Shown: positions 1-6,734 of the stretch, piece by piece
Position numbering within the stretch: the stretch's first letter is position 1
How the letters are laid out: the number at the start of each line of letters is the position of its first letter
DNA from: Candidatus Latescibacterota bacterium
Lineage (GTDB): Bacteria; Latescibacterota; UBA2968
Direction of reading: 5' to 3'
Length of the DNA stretch: 42,648 nucleotides
NCBI GenBank assembly: GCA_038279365.1
Contig: JAYODI010000052.1
Coordinates: 1 to 42,648 of the forward strand
The notes under the pieces: generated by a model
The model's input: only the letters and a program-made list of their open reading frames with translations
Database searches by the model: none
What the model was told of the DNA's origin: nothing
Program-made: the position numbers and the translations under genes

Positions 1-55
1 CACCCACAACCTGCCAAGAAACCACTGGCAGGTTCTTGAACCTTATACGTTATGA
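1..55 (+). repeat. attC site, family A, left part cut off by window edge
   Basis: Near copy of 2810-2863. Hairpin AACCTGCCA(8-16)/TGGCAGGTT(26-34), ending in R' GTTATGA (49-55). Confidence 0.8.
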
Positions 56-163
56 AAACTGGCGCAGAAAATCCCAACCACCCAACACTTAAAATTCACG
101 CACAAAACCTTCCAGCCAAACCGGAGACACCAACCCAAGAAGCAGATCTTTCAGTTTCTGCGT

Positions 164-203
164 GTTAATAACGCTTGATGTTATTAACGGAAGTCGTTAT
201 GTT
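164..203 (+). promoter_or_regulatory. higBA sigma70 promoter with tandem palindromic operators
   Basis: -35 TTGATG (175-180), 17 bp, -10 TATGTT (198-203). Inverted repeat GTTAATAAC-N7-GTTATTAAC (164-188) and TAACG-N5-CGTTA (185-199) overlap the promoter, as in HigA autoregulation. Confidence 0.7.
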
Positions 204-209
204 TGAGAT

Positions 210-491
210 ATGATCAGATCCTTCAAAGACAAAGAAGCCGAAAAAGTCTTTCGCGGTCAGTTTTCTCGCAAAATACCACAGGATATTCAACGGATTGCGG
301 CAAGAAAACTCGAACAGCTAAATGCTGCTACTGTCCTTGATACCCTACGTGTTCCACCTGGCAATCGACTCGAAGCATTGAAGCGTGATAGACAAGGTCA
401 ACATAGCATTCGTGTGAATGATCAGTGGCGTGTGTGTTTTGTGTGGCGTGATGATAATGCCTTTGACGTCGAAATTGTTGATTACCACTAA
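210..491 (+). CDS. higB: HigB/RelE-family toxin (plasmid maintenance system killer protein)
   Basis: 93 aa; MIRSF...PPGNRLEAL...QHSIRVNDQWRVCF...VEIVDYH signature. Confidence 0.95.
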   Translation: MIRSFKDKEAEKVFRGQFSRKIPQDIQRIAARKLEQLNAATVLDTLRVPPGNRLEALKRDRQGQHSIRVNDQWRVCFVWRDDNAFDVEIVDYH

Positions 492-500
492 GGAGAGACA

Positions 501-800
501 ATGGCTAAACGCGACTTTCCACCCATCCATCCCGGCGAAATCTTACTTGAGGATTTTCTCAAACCTATGCAGATGAGTCAATATCATTTGGCTCAAGGAA
601 TCGGAGTGTCTCCGCGTCGCATCAATGAAATAGTTCATGGAAAGCGAGGCATCACAGCAGACACCGCTTTGCGGTTGGGTCGTTTTTTTGGAATGGAAGC
701 ACAATTTTGGATGAACCTTCAAACCAGATACGATCTTGAAACAACCCGTGAATTCTTAGCTGAAAGACTGGATCAAGAAGTTCAGATGCACTTGGTCTAA
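501..800 (+). CDS. higA: HigA family antitoxin (HTH)
   Basis: PIHPGEILLEDFL...RRINEIVHGKRGITADTALRL...FWMNLQ..YDL; RBS AAGGAG; toxin-first gene order. Confidence 0.95.
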   Translation: MAKRDFPPIHPGEILLEDFLKPMQMSQYHLAQGIGVSPRRINEIVHGKRGITADTALRLGRFFGMEAQFWMNLQTRYDLETTREFLAERLDQEVQMHLV

Positions 801-893
801 AGCAAAACAAAAACTTCAAAAACAATGTTTATGGTGTGCGTTGTAAGTTGGCCTCTTTAAGGGCTTCGACGTGATTAAGGCCGCGCCAGCAAT

Positions 894-1034
894 GCATAAC
901 AAGTCCATTGCCGCACCACTCCATCCCCTGCCACCCAAACAAGGGTGTGACGTGATTTCTCTTTTTGACTGCAAGTTTACCGATTATCTTACTTGATAAT
1001 GTCACACCTTCGTCGGCAATGGCAGACGTTACCA
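894..1034 (+). repeat. attC site, family B (141 bp)
   Basis: R'' GCATAAC (894-900), CCATTGCCG (905-913) / CGGCAATGG (1014-1022), R' GTTACCA (1028-1034); inner stem GGTGTGAC/GTCACACC. Confidence 0.85.
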
Positions 1035-1219
1035 GCAACCAGCGCAAGGGTTGCCCCGCAACCCTACACCGGCAAATCGTGCACAAAAACAAAATACTAC
1101 ATAGCCAACAATGGGCACTCTTCTCTTATTGTCTTATCTCTTTGCGGAGTGATAGGGTAGCACAATATCAGATTGTGACACAAATAGGATCACGTTTGAC
1201 CTGAGACGAAAGGTATCTT

Positions 1220-2629
1220 TTGGCGAATAGAAAACCGAATATCGTATGGATTTATTGCGATGAACTGCGTGCCGATGCACTGGGATGTTATGGGCACCCC
1301 AGTCTGCAACTCCATACTCCCAACATCGACCGACTGGCAGATAGTGGTGTTCTTTTTAGCAACAACTTTTGCAATTCCCCCGTCTGTGTTGCCTCAAGAT
1401 GCTCTGTACTCACGGGTCTGTACCCAGAAGACACGGGAGTGTATAACAACGAGGGCGCATTCCCTGCCTTCCGCCTTCCACAACCTTTGCACACCTTCCC
1501 GGATGAATTCTCAAGAAACGGCTATGAAACAGCTAATTTTGGTAAACTTCACGTCCCCAGGGAGATGGCGCCTGATGTTTTTCAGCATCACAATGCGACC
1601 GGTAGTGAAGGCAATTTCTGGAAGATTCTCGGTGAAGAAACACTTCAGGTCATTCGCTCGCCCAACGGCACTATCAACGGGGGGGTGTACCCAGATGATC
1701 AGATATACCCCCCTGATGCCGTTACTGATAACGGTTTACGCTGGATGGAGAATAGGAATGGGCCATATCTGATCAGGTTTTCGATTCAACAGCCACATAC
1801 GCCAGTTCTGCCACCTGCGAGATATGTTCGCTTATATGAGAACCAGGATCCCGGCTTGCCAGGCCCTCTGCCCAAGACACTGTCAGCCTTCGAGCGGCGT
1901 GTAGCGGAGATTCAAGATGTATTCAATATGGATCCGGAGCAGTTGGTTCTCACCAGAATTCACTATTACGCGCAAGTTGCCTGGATAGATTCTCAGGTTG
2001 GGCGGATCATGGAGTTTCTGGAACAGAACGGGTTGATCGAAAATACTGTAATCATCTTCAGCTCTGACCATGGAAACCCTGTCGGTGATACCGGTGCCTA
2101 TGAAAAACTGACCTTTACGCCTACGGTTCATCGGGTGCCTCTACTGATCTCCTTTCCGAGAACTATTCCGGCTGCTCAAGTCCGTGGCGATATCTGTGAT
2201 AGTCTCGATATCGGCCAGACACTATTTGGTTTGGCCGGTATTGATGCGCCCAAATCATTCAAAGGGCGCAACCTGTTTAGAGATCCAGCACCCGAGACAA
2301 TCTACTCAACCATTGGATACGGTCAGCCGTCCAGCAGATTTGCCCCCCTCAGAGGTTTCGGTAAATGGCGTGGTGATAGAGGGTGGCCTCGTCGCAGTTG
2401 TGTTCGTACGGATTGCTACCGACTTGATATGAACGTCCTGATCGACGGCGAGAAGCCCGGAGCTGACGAACAGGATGTCTTCCTAGCAGATGTCGTGGCT
2501 GACCCGCTGGAGTTCATAAATCTCGCGTCTGAACCGAAATATGCAGAAGTAGTTTGTGAGTTATCGAAGCGACTGGCGGAACATACTGAAGGCTCAGTTG
2601 AAGTCGCATCCGAGTCATTGCAGAGGTGA
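1220..2629 (+). CDS. Formylglycine-dependent sulfatase (S1), cassette-borne
   Basis: KPNIVWIYCDELRAD, TPNIDRLA, SPVCVASR motif, GKLH, SSDHG; TTG start with GAAAGG RBS. Confidence 0.9.
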   Translation: MANRKPNIVWIYCDELRADALGCYGHPSLQLHTPNIDRLADSGVLFSNNFCNSPVCVASRCSVLTGLYPEDTGVYNNEGAFPAFRLPQPLHTFPDEFSRNGYETANFGKLHVPREMAPDVFQHHNATGSEGNFWKILGEETLQVIRSPNGTINGGVYPDDQIYPPDAVTDNGLRWMENRNGPYLIRFSIQQPHTPVLPPARYVRLYENQDPGLPGPLPKTLSAFERRVAEIQDVFNMDPEQLVLTRIHYYAQVAWIDSQVGRIMEFLEQNGLIENTVIIFSSDHGNPVGDTGAYEKLTFTPTVHRVPLLISFPRTIPAAQVRGDICDSLDIGQTLFGLAGIDAPKSFKGRNLFRDPAPETIYSTIGYGQPSSRFAPLRGFGKWRGDRGWPRRSCVRTDCYRLDMNVLIDGEKPGADEQDVFLADVVADPLEFINLASEPKYAEVVCELSKRLAEHTEGSVEVASESLQR

Positions 2630-2631
2630 AA

Positions 2632-2690
2632 GACGAACAAGTTCTTGCAGGCGACGTTCTGACAACCTCGCCTGAGGAGTGACATCAAAA
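2632..2690 (+). repeat. Degenerate short attC directly after the sulfatase stop
   Basis: GACGAAC-aagtt-CTTGCAGGCGA...TCGCCTGAGG-agtgac-ATCAAAA: classical short attC layout with a bulged G, but R' GTT is replaced by ATC. Confidence 0.6.
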
Positions 2691-2770
2691 AAGAAGAAAA
2701 CCAGAATATATGGCGTGCACTAAATCTCTGCCCCTTTAGGGCTTCGCCGTGACGTGGCGCGCCACCAGAC

Positions 2771-2863
2771 GTGTAACACCAGATTCACGTTCCACACCAA
2801 AGCCCAACCACCCACAACCTGCCGAAAAAGCACCGGCAGGTTCGTGAATCTTAAACGTTATGT
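2771..2863 (+). repeat. attC site, family A (93 bp)
   Basis: R'' GTGTAAC (2771-2777), AGATTCACG (2781-2789)/CGTGAATCT (2843-2851), R' GTTATGT (2857-2863); inner hairpin AACCTGCCG/CGGCAGGTT. Confidence 0.85.
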
Positions 2864-2982
2864 GCAAGCAGCCTAAAAGGCAAATCATGCGCAAAAACCA
2901 TCTCTCCCAAAACCTTTAGAAGTGGTAACAGTCTTTCTCTTTTTTTCGTATATTTGTAGAAAAACATATATGAGACTCCAAA

Positions 2983-3315
2983 ATGAATCTCCCAAATCGG
3001 GAAAATGCTTACATTAGTCCAGAGAAATTGACTGAATATTTATTATCTGTATCGCACTCAACGGGTAAGACAAAAGCGCGATATCTTCGAACGGTTGGTT
3101 TCAACGAGCAAACAGCAGATATCCTTCAGCAAGGTTTAATCGGAATCGCTCAATCCTGCAGGGTTGTGAATTCTGTCGTAACTGTCCACGGCGAAAAATT
3201 CATTATAGACGGTGAACTCCAAGCACCCAACGGAAACTTTATTCAGCTGAGGACAATTTGGATAATTGATACCGGCCATAATCGACCTCGTTTTGTGACT
3301 GCTTATCCTGAATGA
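2983..3315 (+). CDS. DUF6883-like protein (putative toxin/RNase-like)
   Basis: LPN...I..EKL..YLL...H..GK.KA...GF...WIID....PRFVTAYP pattern recalled for DUF6883; coupled to the next ORF. Confidence 0.75.
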   Translation: MNLPNRENAYISPEKLTEYLLSVSHSTGKTKARYLRTVGFNEQTADILQQGLIGIAQSCRVVNSVVTVHGEKFIIDGELQAPNGNFIQLRTIWIIDTGHNRPRFVTAYPE

Positions 3316-3566
3316 GTGAAAGTGAGGAACCTGAAATGATCCAAGAATTAGAGACCGTTGTTTTAACCCATGATATCGAAAATGAGGGATTACAAAAAGG
3401 GGATGTTGGAGCCGTTGTACATTGCTATGAGGATGGTGAAGCATTTGAGGTGGAATTCGTAACGGCTGAAGGCAAAACAATCGGGGTTTTAACATTAACA
3501 GCGAAAGACATTCGCCCAATGATTAAAAGTGAAATTTTACACGTTCGCGATCTTGCGATACACTAA
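3312..3566 (+). CDS. DUF4926-like small protein (alternative start ATG 3336)
   Basis: ELETVVLTHDI..EGL.KGDVGAVVH.Y..GEAFEVEFV...GKT.GVLTL pattern; ATGA overlap with the upstream gene. Confidence 0.8.
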   Translation: MSESEEPEMIQELETVVLTHDIENEGLQKGDVGAVVHCYEDGEAFEVEFVTAEGKTIGVLTLTAKDIRPMIKSEILHVRDLAIH

Positions 3567-3644
3567 AAAGACAAAACCCAAATCTTATCGTGCGCATTCT
3601 ATAGATTTCCCTTTTTTGGCTTCGCCCTGATAGGGGCTGCCAGC

Positions 3645-3774
3645 ACATAACAAGACCATTTCCGCACCCAACCATCCATACAAGGTTGTAGCGTGATTTT
3701 TCTTTTCATCAAAACCTTACCGATTACCTTACTCAATAATGCTACACCCTCGTCGGCAATCGCAGACGTTAGTC
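3645..3774 (+). repeat. attC site, family B (130 bp)
   Basis: Homologous to 894-1034: R'' ACATAAC, CCATTTCCG/CGGCAATCG, R' GTTAGTC (3768-3774). Confidence 0.85.
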
Positions 3775-3944
3775 GACAGCGCCCCAACCACTCAAAAAAC
3801 AGCAAGCATATGGCGTGCAAAAACAAAATCATCTCTCCAAGCGCGCATTCTTTTCTTATACCCAAAGTGCAGCTATTCTGAAACACGATCATCTTGCAGA
3901 ACGCATATCGACTTGATGTTGATCAATATGGCTTTGCCCCAAGG

Positions 3945-3992
3945 ACTTAACTATCTCCGCCTCGAACCTTTGAGCAGAGGCACAAGTTATAA
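3945..3992 (+). repeat. Possible short/degenerate attC
   Basis: ACTTAAC...GCCTC...GAGGC...GTTATAA; only 48 bp. GTTATAACCC is nearly complementary to GGTTTATAAC after the VOC gene. Confidence 0.4.
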
Positions 3993-4029
3993 CCCTTAAT
4001 CAAGTTTTGCAGTAGGCGAGGGTTTTGAA

Positions 4030-4452
4030 ATGAGCGAATACTGGAATGTAATGGTACCCGAACTCACTGTCACAGATTTTGAAGGATCATTGTCTTTCTA
4101 CACAGATATTCTTGGCTTTAAGATTCGTAATCAAAGAGAAAATCCAAATTTTGCATATCTTGAGTATGAAAAAGTCCAGATTATGATCGAGCAATTCCAC
4201 GAAAATGGCTGGAATACAGCAGAACTTTCTCATCCTCTGGGTCGTGGGATAAATCTACAAATTGAGCTTACAAATATTCAGCCTATTCTTGATCGACTTG
4301 AAGATTCTAATATAGGGCTATATCGTGAAATCCAAGAATCATGGTATGACATAGGGCCAGTATTATCTGGACAAATAGAATTCTTAGTCCAAGATCCAGA
4401 TGGTTACTTACTCCGTTTCACGCAGTTTTTGGGGGAAAAGCCAAAAAAGTAG
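4030..4452 (+). CDS. VOC/glyoxalase/bleomycin-resistance family protein
   Basis: PEL.V.DF..SL.FY.DILGF...GRGINLQI...EFLVQDPDGYLLRF. Confidence 0.9.
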   Translation: MSEYWNVMVPELTVTDFEGSLSFYTDILGFKIRNQRENPNFAYLEYEKVQIMIEQFHENGWNTAELSHPLGRGINLQIELTNIQPILDRLEDSNIGLYREIQESWYDIGPVLSGQIEFLVQDPDGYLLRFTQFLGEKPKK

Positions 4453-4478
4453 CAAGTTTGAGATTTGCTCAAATCGGT

Positions 4479-4548
4479 TTATAACAAATTGAAATGAATA
4501 TCTTCAGATCAAATTTCCCTTGCTTGTGATCCCTATGCGGAGTTAGCT
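4479..4548 (+). repeat. Eroded attC-like remnant
   Basis: TTATAAC...GTTAGCT between two cassette-like genes; L-box pairing is poor. Confidence 0.3.
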
Positions 4549-4606
4549 TGATCTCAAATTCAAAATTCACCATCAAGCAATGGACCTAAACCCAAAGGAG
4601 TGAACC

Positions 4607-4909
4607 ATGTCTGTATACATCATTGCAAGCTACGATATTGAAGATCCAGAAGCATATGAAGGCTATGTTCCGGGTGTTGTACCGCTGCTTGGAAAACATG
4701 GCGCAGAAATCCTTGTTGCAGATTATGAGGCGAAAACGATTGAAGGGCAAGGTCGTGGGGTTCATGTTGTTCTGAAATTTGAATCAGAGGAAGCGACCTT
4801 AAATTGGTACAACGACCCAGACTACGCTCCAGTCAAGAAAATCCGACTCGACGCAACACAAAATGGAACACTTATAATGGCGAAGCAGTTTGTACCACCG
4901 TCTGAGTAG
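4607..4909 (+). CDS. DUF1330 domain protein
   Basis: YIIA...I.DPEAY..Y...KHGAE....EG.....VVLKF.SEEA...WY..P.Y....R; RBS AAGGAG. Confidence 0.9.
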   Translation: MSVYIIASYDIEDPEAYEGYVPGVVPLLGKHGAEILVADYEAKTIEGQGRGVHVVLKFESEEATLNWYNDPDYAPVKKIRLDATQNGTLIMAKQFVPPSE

Positions 4910-4958
4910 TTTGGGACTTATCTTGGTGCAGTTCGTTCTGCATAAGGATTTTTAGGCA

Positions 4959-5032
4959 AGAGTGGCCGTCATCTCTGATATGCAGGTAATCTTCAAGTGC
5001 TTCAGGCGATCCTTAACGATATCAAAAATTGA
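4959..5032 (+). pseudogene. Frameshifted N-terminal fragment of a metallophosphoesterase
   Basis: RVAVISDM, a 1-nt deletion, then GNLQVLQAILNDIKN*; matches the 'AVISDIHGNL.AL.AVL.DI' motif. Confidence 0.6.
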
Positions 5033-5171
5033 AGCTCAAACCCGAACTTCTACCCTGACCTTTATATCTCCAGACACCTCACAATCTCCCACACCAAAAC
5101 CTTCCCCATGTCAAAGAATGGCCTCCTCCCGTCCAGTGCCCCCACCATCATATGGATAAAGCGAAAAATCA

Positions 5172-5210
5172 TTGGCAACGATTGCAACACTGCGCTATCT
5201 TGTCTGACAA
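5172..5210 (+). promoter_or_regulatory. Candidate gudD promoter with LacI-like and GntR/FadR-like operators
   Basis: TGGCAACGATTGCA (5173-5186) resembles TGNAANCGNTTNCA; palindrome TTGTCTGACAA (5200-5210) overlaps -10 TATCTT. Confidence 0.5.
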
Positions 5211-5322
5211 CACATTGACGTTACGCTCACCCAATGTTGCGTAGCCGTGTTTTATGCTGAGCAGAACCACCTGCTTAAGACCATAGACATTGCCCTTGGC
5301 ATAGCAATCAGAAGGAGATGGC

Positions 5323-6684
5323 ATGACAGAATCAAACATCAAAGCCCATACAGACCATCACGCGGCCCCCGTGGTCACCTCTATGCGGGTCGTGCCTGTT
5401 GCAGGATACGACAGCATGTTGTTAAACCTCAGTGGTGCACATGGTCCTTTTTTTACACGCAACATCGTCATTCTTCAAGACAGCGCAGGACACACAGGTA
5501 TTGGTGAAGTGCCTGGGGGCGAAAAAATTCGCCAAACACTCGAAGATGCTCGTGAATTGGTTGTGGGCCAACCCATTGGTGCATACAACAACACCCTCAA
5601 CCAAGTGCGCAAACGCTTTGCAGATCGCGACGCGGGAGGGCGCGGCAACCAAACCTTTGACATGCGCATTACCATTCACGCAGTAACCGCACTGGAAGCC
5701 TCCTTGCTCGATCTGCTCGGACAATTTCTTAACGTACCCGTGGCGGCCCTGCTGGGTCAGGGGCAACAACGCGAAGCGGTAGAAATATTGGGGTATCTGT
5801 TTTATGTAGGCGATCGCAACAAAACCGACCTGCCCTATCGCAGTGAAGCCGATGCAAACAACGACTGGTTCCGCCTGCGCAATGAGGAAGCTCTAACCCC
5901 CGAAAGCATTGTAAAACTGGCCGAGGCCACCCATGCACGGTATGGATTTAACGATTTTAAACTCAAAGGCGGGGTACTGCGCGGTGAAGAAGAAGCCGAG
6001 GCCATCATTGCATTGGCTGAACGATTTCCCAATGCACGGGTAACCTTAGACCCAAATGGTGGTTGGTTGCTTCAAGATGCCATTCGCATTGGTCACACCC
6101 TACGCAATGTTTTGGCCTATGCAGAAGATCCGTGTGGTGCCCAAGATGGGTTTTCAAGCCGCGAAATTATGGCCGAGTTTCGTCGTGCAACCGGCCTACC
6201 AACGGCCACCAATATGGTCGCAACAGACTGGCGACAAATGGCACACACGATTCAATTGCAATCGGTTGACATTCCACTTGCCGACCCACACTTTTGGACG
6301 ATGCAAGGTTCGGTGCGTGTCGCCCAAATGTGCCACGAATGGGGATTAACGTGGGGGTCTCACTCAAACAACCACTTTGACATCTCCCTGGCCATGTTTA
6401 CCCATGTTGCCGCAGCAGCACCAGGCAACATCACAGCCATCGACACCCACTGGATTTGGCAAGACGGACAACGCCTCACCCGCGAACCCCTTCAAATTGA
6501 GGGTGGGCTGGTGCAAGTGCCCCAAAAACCTGGCCTGGGAATCGACATCGACGAAGCGCAATTGGCAAAGGCCAATGAGCTGTACAATCAACATGGATTG
6601 GGTGCCCGTGACGACGCAGTTGCCATGCAATTTCTCATTCCAAACTGGACATTTGACAACAAACGTCCTTGCATGGTGCGCTAA
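5323..6684 (+). CDS. gudD: Glucarate dehydratase
   Basis: [64 protein letters not shown]. Confidence 0.95.
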   Translation: MTESNIKAHTDHHAAPVVTSMRVVPVAGYDSMLLNLSGAHGPFFTRNIVILQDSAGHTGIGEVPGGEKIRQTLEDARELVVGQPIGAYNNTLNQVRKRFADRDAGGRGNQTFDMRITIHAVTALEASLLDLLGQFLNVPVAALLGQGQQREAVEILGYLFYVGDRNKTDLPYRSEADANNDWFRLRNEEALTPESIVKLAEATHARYGFNDFKLKGGVLRGEEEAEAIIALAERFPNARVTLDPNGGWLLQDAIRIGHTLRNVLAYAEDPCGAQDGFSSREIMAEFRRATGLPTATNMVATDWRQMAHTIQLQSVDIPLADPHFWTMQGSVRVAQMCHEWGLTWGSHSNNHFDISLAMFTHVAAAAPGNITAIDTHWIWQDGQRLTREPLQIEGGLVQVPQKPGLGIDIDEAQLAKANELYNQHGLGARDDAVAMQFLIPNWTFDNKRPCMVR

Positions 6685-6734
6685 ACAACCTTTCAAGACA
6701 AACAAATCGCATACAAAATGCAAAAGGAGACAGC

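Larger units (their letters stand above)
1..4909 (+). mobile_element. Integron-type gene cassette array, distal portion (integrase not in window; integron tail or CALIN)
   Basis: Co-oriented unrelated ORFs are separated by imperfect inverted repeats running from xxxTAAC (R'') to GTTxxxx (R'). Each cassette's first bases are complementary to its own R'': GTTATG/CATAAC, GTTAC/GTAAC, GTTATGTGC/GCACATAAC. Cargo is typical of cassettes (TA pair, VOC, DUF1330). Confidence 0.85.

Noticed and set aside
829-1204. ORFs 829-1092(-) and 965-1204(+), with look-alikes at 3599-3892(-) and 3693-3881(+)
   Set aside because: Their mutual similarity comes from the family-B attC DNA repeat; there are no RBS or protein features and indels break the frames.
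1-3860. Repeats as a CRISPR array or IS ends
   Set aside because: Units are long, imperfect and separated by whole genes; no cas genes, transposase or target duplications; the TAAC...GTT architecture fits attC.
5040-5160. C-rich stretch between the array and gudD as a gene remnant
   Set aside because: The frames I translated gave no recognisable motif.
5173-5186. TGGCA...TTGC as a sigma54 promoter for gudD
   Set aside because: GG-GC spacing is 8 rather than 10; it fits a LacI-type palindrome better.
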